Positions 52,505-63,295 are shown, numbered from the stretch's first letter. The stretch: 64,000 bases of DNA from an uncultured candidate division WWE3 bacterium (GCA_903879985.1 CAIRNR010000004.1:96762-160761), one strand, 5' to 3'. The notes: generated from the letters alone by a model not told the origin. Numbers and translations: made by a program.

Positions 52505-53362
52505 TTACTTTAAGTAGAACGAAACTGACACAGTCTTGTACACATCTGATGAACCGGCTTCAATTGGAATTCCAGCGCCACCACCTGCGGTTACAACTTT
52601 GTCGTACATCATTGGATAAGGTGTTGGATATTCACTACTACCTTCGGACATGCTGGCAACTTTTCCTACTGTTCTTCCTGTATTCATCGCCATAGCCTCG
52701 GCTTTAGCACGAGCGTCTGCAACTGCTTCCTGCAAAAGTTTGTTGTCATTAACGGTTGTGTTATCAACTCTTAAGTTTGGACCATACATCGAAGCATTAT
52801 CGACACTAGACATTAACTTTGTTAAATCTGCTGATTTAGTAAGGTCTCTTAAAGTTACATTTACTGTATATGTAGCAGACCAATCACCTTTTTGATATTT
52901 GGTTAAACCTGCATCTAAATATGCTGTATCTTGCTGATAAACATTAAAGTTGGTTGTTTGAACATCTTCTGCGGGCAGACCAAAATCGTTAAGCTGTTTT
53001 ACAACAGTGGAAGCTTTATCACTAACATCTTGAACAGCTAGGGATTTATTGGCGTTTGTAGAAGTAATAGTTAACGAAAAATCTGCAACTTGATTCTTAA
53101 CACGTGTTTGAGACTTTCCGGACACTGTTATTGTGTTTTTTACTTGAGAGTCTTTGTAGTACCAAGTACCTACAACAGCGGCTACAACTAACAACACAGG
53201 TACTAAAATCATCAGCAAAGGAGACTTCCTTTTGCAGCAATTTTCGTGCATATCACATTTATCATGATCGTGGCCTCCGTGGTGGTGATCATGCATATGC
53301 TCGTGCTCAACTTCTGTACTTACTGGCGAACTTATAGGGGCTTCAGTTTGTGAATTTTTCAT
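52505..53362 (-). CDS. SIMPL (DUF541) domain protein with His/Cys-rich N-terminus
   Basis: ITVSG, DVQT, AV.DARAKAE.MA...G..VG; TM helix after a His tract. Confidence 0.85.
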   Translation of the reverse strand: MKNSQTEAPISSPVSTEVEHEHMHDHHHGGHDHDKCDMHENCCKRKSPLLMILVPVLLVVAAVVGTWYYKDSQVKNTITVSGKSQTRVKNQVADFSLTITSTNANKSLAVQDVSDKASTVVKQLNDFGLPAEDVQTTNFNVYQQDTAYLDAGLTKYQKGDWSATYTVNVTLRDLTKSADLTKLMSSVDNASMYGPNLRVDNTTVNDNKLLQEAVADARAKAEAMAMNTGRTVGKVASMSEGSSEYPTPYPMMYDKVVTAGGGAGIPIEAGSSDVYKTVSVSFYLK

Positions 53363-53428
53363 ACATAAATAGTAGCATAAAAATAGTTAATTACTGCAAG
53401 CGAGTCTTTATGATGATAGAATCAAAGT

Positions 53429-54193
53429 ATGAGCTTAGTTAAGACACCTCAGCAAATAGAAATAATGCGCAAAAACGGGAAAATACTCGGAAATATTCTT
53501 GTGGAACTAAAAGAAATGATAAAACCCGGTTTAGACGCGTGGGATTTGGAACTTAAGTTTATAGAGTTGTGCAAAAAGAATTCCGTGAATCCTTCGTGCA
53601 AAGGTTATAGACCTTATTACCTTCCGCCTTTCCCAACGGGTCTTTGTGTAAGTGTAAATACTCAGTGCGTGCATTGTTATCCAAAAATGGGACAAATACT
53701 TAAAGAAGGAGATTTAATCACTGTGGATACAGTAATAGATGCAAAAGGATTGTTCGTAGACAGCTCATTTGTAACAACAGTAGGTGAAGCTTCTGAACTA
53801 AAACAAAGATTAGTTAAAACAAGCTACGACGCGTTGCAAAAAGCATTGAAAGAAGCTAAAGCAAATAAACGTATTGGAGATATCGCAAACGCACTTCAAA
53901 CAACAGCCTATAAAAATAAATTAAATGTTTTGGAAGATTACGCAGGTCATGGAATAGGAACCGAGATGCACGAAGATCCCGAAGTACCTTGTACCGGAGA
54001 TCCAAACACAGGATTGAAACTTAAAGACGGAATGATAATTTGCATTGAGTCATTAATATGCACAGGAGAATCAGATGTGAAGTATCAAAACAGCTGGGAG
54101 ACGATAATGCGCGATGGAGGATTTTTTGGGCAGTTTGAACATACCGTTTTGATAAAAGAAGGCGGAAATGAGATACTTACACTGCCTGACTAA
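53429..54193 (+). CDS. map: Methionine aminopeptidase type I
   Basis: C.SVN..VH, D...D, GHGIG..MHEDP, E, FEHT. Confidence 0.93.
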   Translation: MSLVKTPQQIEIMRKNGKILGNILVELKEMIKPGLDAWDLELKFIELCKKNSVNPSCKGYRPYYLPPFPTGLCVSVNTQCVHCYPKMGQILKEGDLITVDTVIDAKGLFVDSSFVTTVGEASELKQRLVKTSYDALQKALKEAKANKRIGDIANALQTTAYKNKLNVLEDYAGHGIGTEMHEDPEVPCTGDPNTGLKLKDGMIICIESLICTGESDVKYQNSWETIMRDGGFFGQFEHTVLIKEGGNEILTLPD

Positions 54194-54215
54194 TGCCCTT
54201 TAGTCTGCTCATACC

Positions 54216-55316
54216 ATGACATTAAAAGATATCTTAACCGGAAAAGCCACGCAAAACAGCCTTGATCGCAAGGTTTTCTCTTTATTGGCCACATTTTTGG
54301 TCATAATAGCACTGTTTGTTATAGCTGGATTTTTGTTCCCAACGGCCGTTTCCATCATTTTAAACATCTTTTGGATGGTGCTTTTAACCTCGGCAGTGAT
54401 CTTTTTTGGCCTTGGAATCCTCGTTATATTGGGTATGCGTAAGGAAGTTAGCCGAATACTAGATATATTGCTCGAAGGCTCCCTTACTTTTATCGACTTT
54501 TTAGACTTTTTAAGAAGCCTTTGGCACAAGTTTTTACAATTGCTTAGAGAGTTTTTAATCTTTGCCGCTCCAATATTTTCATACATAATTGCAGGTTTAA
54601 TATATGTTCTTTTGCTAATCATTTATAAAACTGTAGGTAAAAGCAATGACGTTACAATTTTAACTATAGTCATAACCGTAGTTGCAATCGCACTTTTTGG
54701 AATAATCAGTAAACCAGAACCAAATGCAGCAGAACCAACAAAGTTTGCTCAAATATTTTTTAAACGTTTTAAAAACGGATTAGTAGACAGTTCGGAAGTA
54801 ATTTTATTCGTATTCTTCTTAACAATGGATAGCACTAACCTATTCTTTTTACCCGCAAACTTAAACGTAGTACTTCATGCAAAAATATATGGCTATGACC
54901 TAATGCAAAGAAGTTTTGTTTACGATCATAATATTTGGACAACTTTAAACTTAATAGTAACAACCGTCACAATAGAAATTTTGAGAAATATCATTAGAAT
55001 ATTTGCTTTGGCCCGCAGATATTACCTAGATCAATCCCGCGAATTTGGTTACGAAGATAAACACGGAACCCTTTACTTAATAAAAGAAGCTATAAGACAA
55101 AGCTTTAACGAGTCAAAAAATGATTTAATAAAATTCGTTACGTTTAACACAGTTTTATTTGCAGTGTTCTTACTTTTCCCAAGACTTAAAATATTAACTT
55201 TAGCTGTAGCAAGTGCTACAAACTTAATACTTGATATTGCAATTATGTCCAGACTTACAGCTAGCAAAGGTCAAGACTTAATATCAAGATCACTAGCAAA
55301 GCTATTTAAACTTTAA
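54216..55316 (+). CDS. Polytopic membrane protein of unknown function
   Basis: 366-aa ORF with many TM segments. Confidence 0.7.
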   Translation: MTLKDILTGKATQNSLDRKVFSLLATFLVIIALFVIAGFLFPTAVSIILNIFWMVLLTSAVIFFGLGILVILGMRKEVSRILDILLEGSLTFIDFLDFLRSLWHKFLQLLREFLIFAAPIFSYIIAGLIYVLLLIIYKTVGKSNDVTILTIVITVVAIALFGIISKPEPNAAEPTKFAQIFFKRFKNGLVDSSEVILFVFFLTMDSTNLFFLPANLNVVLHAKIYGYDLMQRSFVYDHNIWTTLNLIVTTVTIEILRNIIRIFALARRYYLDQSREFGYEDKHGTLYLIKEAIRQSFNESKNDLIKFVTFNTVLFAVFLLFPRLKILTLAVASATNLILDIAIMSRLTASKGQDLISRSLAKLFKL

Positions 55317-55331
55317 AAAGAAACTGCCCAT

Positions 55332-55814
55332 ATGCGCGACACATTAATCAGAAAAAGCCAAAATAATCATATGACAATCCACGTTTTGCTAGGGATTATC
55401 TGCGGATTACTTGTAGAAAGACTTTACCCAAGCGAAGAAGCCAAAAAATTAGTTTTAATTGGTGTGCTTGGAAACATTTTTCCTGATGGCGATCACTTGT
55501 TATATTGGTTTTACTATGGAAGAAAAACTGAATATTCTAAAATGGTTAAACAGCTTTTGCGAAAATTCAAACTACGTGGCGTTTGGCGTTTTTGCACAAA
55601 TAATCACAAAGAACTAACGTCCTTATATTCACACAATTTAGCAGCACCATTACTTACGTTTGTACCATTTTTGTATTTTCAAAATAACGACACACACATT
55701 TACTTACAAATATTCTTACTTTCTTGGACTGTTCATTACATATACGACATCCTAGAAGACTTGCTTATGCTTGGTCACTTAAACCCTAACTGGTACTTTC
55801 ATTTTAAAAAATAA
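55332..55814 (+). CDS. YdjM-like membrane metal-dependent hydrolase
   Basis: H..G, PDGDH, SHN, HY..D motifs. Confidence 0.7.
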   Translation: MRDTLIRKSQNNHMTIHVLLGIICGLLVERLYPSEEAKKLVLIGVLGNIFPDGDHLLYWFYYGRKTEYSKMVKQLLRKFKLRGVWRFCTNNHKELTSLYSHNLAAPLLTFVPFLYFQNNDTHIYLQIFLLSWTVHYIYDILEDLLMLGHLNPNWYFHFKK

Positions 55815-55827
55815 TCCCTCTAGTATC

Positions 55828-55843
55828 TTCGGTATTCTTTCGT
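55828..55843 (+). promoter_or_regulatory. Putative SOS (LexA) direct-repeat box
   Basis: TTCGG-tattct-TTCGT upstream of rarA; same pattern upstream of the dinB operon. Confidence 0.55.
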
Positions 55844-55872
55844 GTTTTAATAAATTAGCGTAAAATATTTTA

Positions 55873-57123
55873 ATGGATACAAACAAACCTTTAGCGGAAA
55901 TTTTGCGCCCGCAAAACTTAGCCGATTTTATTGGCCAAGATAAAATAGTTGGTAAAGAAGGAATTATTTCTAAACTACTTGAAGGTGTTGGTGATACAGG
56001 ATTTTTCCCTTCACTCGTTTTTTGGGGACCACCAGGCACCGGTAAAACTACACTGGCAAGAATAATTGCCTACACGCTTAACCGACCATTCTTTGAATTT
56101 TCGGCGGTAAATGCATCGGTAAAGGAAATAGAAAAAGCGATTAATGAAAGTACAGCACACAGCGCATCAAAAAAAACATTAACTCTATTAGAAGATCCAA
56201 ATATTTCAAAATCAACAAAAATTGGAAAACCAGTTGTATTTATAGACGAAATTCATAGGTTTAATAAAGCTCAACAAGATGCGTTATTGCCACAAGTTGA
56301 AAGTGGCCGAATTACACTGATTGGTGCTACAACGGAAAATCCTTCGTTTGAAGTTATTTCGCCACTTTTATCCCGTTGCAGAGTGGTTGTGTTAGCACAA
56401 CATACAGAAGAGGATTTAGATAAAATTATTGAACGCGGGGCCAAGCATTTAAATGTAGAGCTCGGAAAAGAAGGACGTAGGTTTTTAGCGACAGCATCAA
56501 ACGGTGACGCACGCGTAGCACTAAATGTATTGGAAATTGCATCAAATTTAAATAAAAGCGGAAAACTTGAAGTTAAAGACCTAGAAACTGCGTTGCAAAA
56601 AGAACAGCTGGCATTTGATTTAAAAGGTGAAGAATTTTACAACACAATTTCGGCACTTCATAAATCAATGAGAGGCTCAGATCCAGATGCGGCACTTTAT
56701 TGGCTGGCACGTATGTTAGAAGCCGGACAAGACCCGTTATACATAGCCAGACGCGTTATTAGGTTTGCATCCGAGGATATTGGCCTTCGCGATCCACAAG
56801 CGCTGATTTTGGCCGTAGCGGCTTTTAACGCATGTGAAAAACTTGGAATGCCTGAATGTAATTTAGCTTTGGCTGAAGCTGTTGCTTACTTGGCTAAATC
56901 TCCAAAAGATAATCGACTCTATATTGCATATGGAAAAATTGCTGAGGATGTTAAAACGTTTGGAAACTTGCCTGTACCTCTTCATATTAGAAACGCGCCA
57001 ACAAAGTTAATGAAAAACTTGGGATATGGTAAGGATTATAACTATTATCACAGTCCAAAAGGTGAGAAGTTGCCTGATATTGAGTATTTGCCGGATAAGT
57101 TAAAGGGTAAGAAGTATTTATAA
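55873..57123 (+). CDS. rarA: Replication-associated recombination protein A (MgsA)
   Basis: PLAE..RP, GPPGTGKT, DEIHRFNK.QQD, ISALHKSMRGSD, ASEDIG. Confidence 0.96.
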   Translation: MDTNKPLAEILRPQNLADFIGQDKIVGKEGIISKLLEGVGDTGFFPSLVFWGPPGTGKTTLARIIAYTLNRPFFEFSAVNASVKEIEKAINESTAHSASKKTLTLLEDPNISKSTKIGKPVVFIDEIHRFNKAQQDALLPQVESGRITLIGATTENPSFEVISPLLSRCRVVVLAQHTEEDLDKIIERGAKHLNVELGKEGRRFLATASNGDARVALNVLEIASNLNKSGKLEVKDLETALQKEQLAFDLKGEEFYNTISALHKSMRGSDPDAALYWLARMLEAGQDPLYIARRVIRFASEDIGLRDPQALILAVAAFNACEKLGMPECNLALAEAVAYLAKSPKDNRLYIAYGKIAEDVKTFGNLPVPLHIRNAPTKLMKNLGYGKDYNYYHSPKGEKLPDIEYLPDKLKGKKYL

Positions 57124-57219
57124 AGCACATTAGAAATTGCGCCGCGATCATCTACGAAAAAAGAAAACCCGCAGAGTGTATAAATACAAACTACGGGTTT
57201 CAATGATGAAAAATCCTGG

Positions 57220-57666
57220 TTATGGGCAATACACAGGGTCTCCCGGTTTCGAAATCTTGTCCAAATAGGCGGCAACCTCCTCAGGACTTAAAATCGAGAT
57301 TATATAGATGACCGATTTACCTTGAGTTAACGAGCGCGTAACCCTTGCTTTTACATAGATTTTTTCCGCGTTCTTCATAGCACCTGACCAAACACCCAGG
57401 AACATTCTCGGATAAGTTATATCGGCATTGCCATGAACAAAGTCTGTGTATTCCACAGGTGTCGCACTGGCAAAACCAAAAGCGTCAAACTGTACGTCCG
57501 TGAGGTGCAATACAACAAAAGCTGGTTGCACATAACATTTGGGTAAATTGCTGGATGCAAATACGTCGTCCCATAAACCGTAAATACCCCCACCGACAAA
57601 AACTAAGACACCAATAAGTATCAAAACCAACGCGCCCATTACGAGTTTTTCCGAAAACCGTGCCAT
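57220..57666 (-). CDS. Membrane-anchored hypothetical protein
   Basis: Strong SD and N-terminal TM helix. Confidence 0.6.
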   Translation of the reverse strand: MARFSEKLVMGALVLILIGVLVFVGGGIYGLWDDVFASSNLPKCYVQPAFVVLHLTDVQFDAFGFASATPVEYTDFVHGNADITYPRMFLGVWSGAMKNAEKIYVKARVTRSLTQGKSVIYIISILSPEEVAAYLDKISKPGDPVYCP

Positions 57667-57747
57667 TTTTCCTCTCCTCCTTTAGTTTATTTTACTAAGC
57701 TGCGAACATTGTACCCGTCACTATAGGGCAAGTCAAAAACGTATAAC

Positions 57748-59004
57748 TTACTCAAGATCCTTAACGCCACCAAACGAAATCCTATCCTGGACATACTTAA
57801 CCGCATCAATCAATCGCCCGGGCGTTATAACAAACTCACCAAACTTATCATTAATATTATCCAAAGCATCATTTAAACGTTCTTTCTTTTCAACGTCCTC
57901 AAACATATCCATTTGAGCACAATCACTTTTAACCAAATCAAAACAAGACTCGGCTAACAAAGCCACGGGTTTTCCTTTATACGGAGACTTACACAAAATC
58001 CTAAAAACTTCTTTGTAAATATCGCGAGAATCAAACAACGCTTTGCCAACAACATGTCCATGATGCCAAAAACTTCCGTCACGATAAGTTACAGATACAT
58101 GAATTCCTTTTGTTTTATACGAAGCTTTTCGCAAACGCCGCGCAGTTTTATCTACCAACTTATACATAATAGGAGCCAAGTCTTCCATTTTAGAAAAAGG
58201 TTTTGGTAGTGCGTAAGAATTACCATAACTATGGCGACCAAACTCAACGTCATCAATTTCCCAGCCGTGCAAACGCAAATACCAATGATAGCCAACAATA
58301 GAATGGAAGGCCTGTTGCAACGCCACCGCGTCGGCGTTATAAAAATCCATAACAGAGTAAATATTATATGCACCAAGCCGGGCAGCATTGTGACGTTTAA
58401 TCCCGCATAAATCCATCAATTCCATACCAGAAAAAATCTGCAAATAATTATCCTTGTGTATTTCCACTAAACCATCTGGCTTTTGCAAACCTGATGCAAC
58501 CTTGGCCAAATATCTATTAGGACCAATCCCAATTGAAACGGTAATGTAATCCCCTACTTCCTTTTTTATTCTCTGTTTAATTTCTAAAGCGACATTTGTA
58601 ATACCGCGGGAAAGTGACGGGAAACCTTCGAGATCAATAATAAATTCATCGATTGATTTTGGAATAACTACACTGCTGTAAGTTTGTAACAATGCTTTTA
58701 ATTTTAAATGAACGTCTCGATATTTTTGGGGATCAGGTGTGAGAACAGTTAAGTTGGGGCATAATAGTTTTCCTTCCTTAACATGCATGCCAGTTTTAAC
58801 ACCCAAACGTTTAGCGTCATAAGATGCGGCCAATATACAACCGTTTGGCGTGTTGTAGGCAGCAACGGCAACTGGTTTACCACGCAAAAGCGGATTCGCT
58901 TGCTGTTCAATAGTGGCAAAGCACGAGTTTATATCCATAAGCATTATGGTCGCGGGCTTTGGGTTAAAAGGTAAGTTGTTTGGGTGGTTTTGAGGTGTCC
59001 ACAT
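57748..59004 (-). CDS. dinB: Y-family DNA polymerase IV
   Basis: DINSCFA.IEQ, AASY.AK..GVK.GM, SIDE, AK.AS...KPDG. Confidence 0.93.
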   Translation of the reverse strand: MWTPQNHPNNLPFNPKPATIMLMDINSCFATIEQQANPLLRGKPVAVAAYNTPNGCILAASYDAKRLGVKTGMHVKEGKLLCPNLTVLTPDPQKYRDVHLKLKALLQTYSSVVIPKSIDEFIIDLEGFPSLSRGITNVALEIKQRIKKEVGDYITVSIGIGPNRYLAKVASGLQKPDGLVEIHKDNYLQIFSGMELMDLCGIKRHNAARLGAYNIYSVMDFYNADAVALQQAFHSIVGYHWYLRLHGWEIDDVEFGRHSYGNSYALPKPFSKMEDLAPIMYKLVDKTARRLRKASYKTKGIHVSVTYRDGSFWHHGHVVGKALFDSRDIYKEVFRILCKSPYKGKPVALLAESCFDLVKSDCAQMDMFEDVEKKERLNDALDNINDKFGEFVITPGRLIDAVKYVQDRISFGGVKDLE

Positions 59005-59039
59005 AAATTTTTAGCGCCAAGCCGCACTACAGGGGCGAC

Positions 59040-59300
59040 TTAGTCGGCCTCCCCATCAGAAATCTCCTCAACAATCCAAGATAAAGAATCGGTATTAAAT
59101 AAAATCTTAAAATATAACGTGGGGCTTGCTACCGAAAACACATGCATCATCGTTTTTCCTTGTCGATACGAATGATGATAACCAAAAATAGTAACTTTGT
59201 GCTGGCGACCTTCCCACAACAGCGAGTGTGGCGCAAATATGCGTGTTTTATGGTTATAAATACATTGGACTGTTGTGGGAGTTTGGAGTTTTTGTAGCAT
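59040..59300 (-). CDS. Small beta-rich protein upstream of dinB
   Basis: 86-aa ORF with P....W.GR and F.....W..E motifs; probably co-transcribed with dinB. Confidence 0.7.
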   Translation of the reverse strand: MLQKLQTPTTVQCIYNHKTRIFAPHSLLWEGRQHKVTIFGYHHSYRQGKTMMHVFSVASPTLYFKILFNTDSLSWIVEEISDGEAD

Positions 59301-59313
59301 GTACTAATAATAC

Positions 59314-59329
59314 CCGAATAAGACACGAA
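59314..59329 (-). promoter_or_regulatory. Putative SOS (LexA) direct-repeat box
   Basis: Minus strand TTCGT-gtctta-TTCGG next to a TATTAT -10 element. Confidence 0.55.
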
Positions 59330-59373
59330 GGTGAAGAGGTGTTTGTGTTATCGAGTATAATAAAAAAAGTAAT

Positions 59374-60330
59374 ATGCAAGACGAATCAAAAAAGTTAAAG
59401 AAAACAATATCCATCGTATCACCAGCGTACAACGAAGCCGAAAATGTTTCATTAATGGCCAAAGAAATTCTTGAAGTTATTAAAAAGCTTGAAGATAAAT
59501 ATGATTTTGAAATAATTTTTGTCGACGACGGCAGCGATGATGAAACATGGAACAATATTATGGAATTAAATAAAAACGATCCTCGCGTGAAAGGCCTAAG
59601 CTTTGCCAGAAACTTTGGACATCAAATAGCACTTACGGCAGGTTTAGACGCAACAACAGGTGATGCCGTAATATATTGCGACTCCGACCTACAACACCCA
59701 CCAGAATTATTTAAAGAAATGATTAAAAAATGGGAAGAAGGCTTTAAAGTTGTACATACAGTAAGAACATCAACAGATAGTGAACCACTCAGCAAAAAAG
59801 TAATGTCAAAAGCTTTTTATAGATTTATTAACATGCTGTCTGATGTACGAATCGAGCAAGACATGGCCGACTTTAAACTTTTGGATCGCACAGCACTAGA
59901 TAAATTAAACTCTATGCGAGAACACAACAGATTTTTACGAGGAATGGTGCCTTGGATTGGTTATAAACCGGCATATGTAAAATTTATAGCACGCAAAAGA
60001 ATTCACGGTAAACCTTGGTACTCCTTTAGGAAAAACTTAACTTTTGCAAAAACAGGCATACTATCTTTTTCTGTAAAACCACTGAAGTACATTGGATATT
60101 TAGGATTGTTCTTAATGTCTACATCTGTTTTGGCGATTTGTGTCGGGTTGGCAATGTCAGTTATTACAAAAGGATGGTACTTTTCTCCAAACGTCACACT
60201 AACTTTGTTTAATACTTTTTTGATTGGCGTTGTTTTAACCAGCTTAGGAATTATGTCTTTATACTTAAGCTATGTTTATTACGAAGTTATTGGAAGACCT
60301 TTGTATATTATTTCAGATAAAACTCCATGA
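59374..60330 (+). CDS. GT2 polyprenol-phosphate glycosyltransferase (GtrB-like)
   Basis: PAYNE, DDGS.D, RNFGHQ.A..AG, DSDLQHPP, two C-terminal TM helices. Confidence 0.92.
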   Translation: MQDESKKLKKTISIVSPAYNEAENVSLMAKEILEVIKKLEDKYDFEIIFVDDGSDDETWNNIMELNKNDPRVKGLSFARNFGHQIALTAGLDATTGDAVIYCDSDLQHPPELFKEMIKKWEEGFKVVHTVRTSTDSEPLSKKVMSKAFYRFINMLSDVRIEQDMADFKLLDRTALDKLNSMREHNRFLRGMVPWIGYKPAYVKFIARKRIHGKPWYSFRKNLTFAKTGILSFSVKPLKYIGYLGLFLMSTSVLAICVGLAMSVITKGWYFSPNVTLTLFNTFLIGVVLTSLGIMSLYLSYVYYEVIGRPLYIISDKTP

Positions 60331-61151
60331 ATAATGAACCATTAGTTAGTGTTGTAATGCCAGCATATAACGCCGAAGAATATATTGGTGAAGCTATTGA
60401 AAGTATTTTGGCACAAACATATAAAGACTTTGAATTTATTATTGTCGACGACGGAAGCAAAGACAGAACCAAAGAGATAATTAATGAATACACAAAAAAA
60501 GATAATCGCATAAAAGTGTTTGTACAGGAAAAGAATTTGGGGATTAGTGCTGCGTTAAATAGAGGTATTAGTGAGGCTAAGGGAAAATATATTGTACGGA
60601 TGGATACGGACGACTACAGCTACCCTACGCGTATTGAAACTCAAGTTAATTTTATGGAAACACATCCTAAAGTTGTGGTATCCGGAGCAGCGATACAAAT
60701 CTGCGATGAAAAATTGAATTTATTACATGTGCGAACATATAATCCGACCGATAAAGCTATAAGAAAAAATATTTTCAAATATAATCCATTCGCCCACCCA
60801 GCTACTATTTGGCGCAAAGAAGAATTGATAACCGCCGGTGTATATAACAAAGATTTATGCGACGTTGAAGACTATGATTTATATTTTCGAGTCGGTAAAT
60901 TAGGTGAATTTTACAACTTGAACGATATATTATTAAAGTATAGACAGTCTTCCAAGGGTATTTCGCAGACTAAGGCCAAGAGGCAACAAAAACTGACACT
61001 TTATATCAGAATAAAAGCAATATTTGAGTATGGTTACAAAATGTCGTTAAGTGATAAAGTTTACTTCGCTATGCAACTGATAGCTACAGTATTCTTACCT
61101 GCAAAATTAATCTACAAATTATTTTTCCTATTTAGAAAATTCTTTAGATAA
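60327..61151 (+). CDS. GT2 glycosyltransferase
   Basis: VSVVMPAYN, DDGS, MDTDD, HP, EDYDL. Confidence 0.92.
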   Translation: MNNEPLVSVVMPAYNAEEYIGEAIESILAQTYKDFEFIIVDDGSKDRTKEIINEYTKKDNRIKVFVQEKNLGISAALNRGISEAKGKYIVRMDTDDYSYPTRIETQVNFMETHPKVVVSGAAIQICDEKLNLLHVRTYNPTDKAIRKNIFKYNPFAHPATIWRKEELITAGVYNKDLCDVEDYDLYFRVGKLGEFYNLNDILLKYRQSSKGISQTKAKRQQKLTLYIRIKAIFEYGYKMSLSDKVYFAMQLIATVFLPAKLIYKLFFLFRKFFR

Positions 61152-61153
61152 TA

Positions 61154-63295
61154 TTATTGTTGCAGTTGCTTAATATTTATATGTTCACTATCAGACCATA
61201 AATCAAAAGAGGTTGAAAGTGCACCAATATTAATTAAGTTATTAATACTTTTAGATATATCAAAAGTATTTTCCACGGGTTTTATATCATAAGTTGCATT
61301 CTTATTTGTTGATGCCGAAATACAATAAATATCGTTAGCTTTCTTGTTAACAACGTGATCAACCAGAATAGTCCGCGAAGAAATATCCGGTAAATATTGG
61401 AAACTATACGTCCCTAAAATATTCTTATCTGCCACAAGATACGAACCCTTTACACCAGTAAGCTCATAAATAGAATCAAAATTTCTAAAAAATTTAGAGG
61501 ATATAGGTAAATTAAATGTCTGAACAAAACCTTTAAGCACCTGCTCAGCAGTACATCCCGGATAATTTATCAGAAGCTTTTTATCCGTTAATATCTTCCC
61601 ATCTACACTAGAAAAGTTTTTGACTAGAGATACGTCTTGATTGTTAGGATTTTCTTTACAATCAACAAATAATTTAAAGTTTACGGATTCGGCACTAAAT
61701 TGATTAATATCTTGCACAAAAAAGACAGAGGTCGGTACCGAACTTTTTAAGACATCTCTAAGTTTAGAAGAGTTTATCAACGAAAGCAGTGTTAATTTCT
61801 TGTCGGTATTAACAACATAATAATTGGCCGTTGAAAGATCAAAATTAATATTGTCCGGATTGATATTATGAATGCGGCTAAAATATGGGTTAAATATCAT
61901 GTAAGAATCCGCAAACAAAGAATCATTTTTTGGTGATTGAATTATGTAATCGGCCGAGAATACATTTTTAGGTAAATCTACATGCGTTGGTAAATAAAAA
62001 CTATCACGCATAAGTGTCACTTTTTTATAAACTGTTATATTAGGCTTATTAGCTAGCGTCCACCCAAACAAAGCTAACGGGATCAATACAAGTCCGACGT
62101 ACAATCGGTAACGTGCTGCGCGTGTTATTAAAAAAGAATTTTTTGGTATAAGTTCTAATATTGCGGCTAGAGCAAAGAAAATACTTCCTGTACTAATATC
62201 AGTAAAGATAATGGCAATAATGCTAGTAAGTATAAGGATACATTGAATTGTAAGGACCAATGCAGCATTTACCCGAATTTTTGTAGTTTTTCCTATTGCT
62301 ACATCTACTACTTTTACAAAGTCTACCAAGTACAGTGCTATAAAGAAAAACACCGCTATCAGAATATATAAATAAAATAGCAAATACTTTATGTCTATAT
62401 TTGTAAATGCAGTTGTAATGCTCTGCATACTAAGCTTTGATCCCAAATCAATATGATGTACCGTAGCGATAATAAGCAAAAGCATAAGTACAATGGCACA
62501 AAGTAATGAACAATACACATTTATCCAACGATATGTCGTTAAAAACGAAGAAACTTTTAACCAAATACTGTGATAATAACTACGTCTAAATAGAAACTTT
62601 TTATCATTTTTAAAATCTCTGAAAATTCCATTGAATACAGTTAATATTAATATAATTACTGCCATATATATAAGAATATGAGAAAAATAGTTAGAAAAAT
62701 TCATAAGTAAGTTATAGTGCGTAGCAGACTTGTCTACATAATTCTTTTTTATATTAGAAACATTATTTATGATTGAGGAATTACTATTATCAAAAGAGGA
62801 TAAATATTTAATTAGCAATTCTCGATACTGTGGTACAAATAATAGGCTCTCTGGCAAATATATAGTGTTAACCCCTAGAAAAGTTGTTCTATAGATATTA
62901 AGCTTAGTAGCAGTCAAATCGGCAGTTCCTATATCAACTAATTTTGTAGGCAAAGAAATAGCATTTCTTTCTATTACAGCATCGGGTGTACATAAAAATT
63001 TGGCGTCTACGTATGAATTATCACAAATTACAAACATAGTATTGTACCTGGGGATAGCTGATAACAGATACGTATCCTTTGGATTAAGTTGTGTAGTGAA
63101 AACCAAAAGGTTATCCACTGTGACATCTAGCGTACCAGCTTTAACTGAATCATACGTGTTAACACGAATACCTAAATCTTCAAAGACATTTTGATAATAT
63201 ATATTCCTAGTTTGCGCATAATTTTTAGTAATTACACACTGCATAAGAATAAAGAAAATTATTAGTTTAATTTTTAGTGGCACGTTGTTTTGCAT
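61154..63295 (-). CDS. Large membrane protein of unknown function
   Basis: Signal peptide and central TM bundle; very AT-rich. Confidence 0.65.
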   Translation of the reverse strand: MQNNVPLKIKLIIFFILMQCVITKNYAQTRNIYYQNVFEDLGIRVNTYDSVKAGTLDVTVDNLLVFTTQLNPKDTYLLSAIPRYNTMFVICDNSYVDAKFLCTPDAVIERNAISLPTKLVDIGTADLTATKLNIYRTTFLGVNTIYLPESLLFVPQYRELLIKYLSSFDNSNSSIINNVSNIKKNYVDKSATHYNLLMNFSNYFSHILIYMAVIILILTVFNGIFRDFKNDKKFLFRRSYYHSIWLKVSSFLTTYRWINVYCSLLCAIVLMLLLIIATVHHIDLGSKLSMQSITTAFTNIDIKYLLFYLYILIAVFFFIALYLVDFVKVVDVAIGKTTKIRVNAALVLTIQCILILTSIIAIIFTDISTGSIFFALAAILELIPKNSFLITRAARYRLYVGLVLIPLALFGWTLANKPNITVYKKVTLMRDSFYLPTHVDLPKNVFSADYIIQSPKNDSLFADSYMIFNPYFSRIHNINPDNINFDLSTANYYVVNTDKKLTLLSLINSSKLRDVLKSSVPTSVFFVQDINQFSAESVNFKLFVDCKENPNNQDVSLVKNFSSVDGKILTDKKLLINYPGCTAEQVLKGFVQTFNLPISSKFFRNFDSIYELTGVKGSYLVADKNILGTYSFQYLPDISSRTILVDHVVNKKANDIYCISASTNKNATYDIKPVENTFDISKSINNLINIGALSTSFDLWSDSEHINIKQLQQ

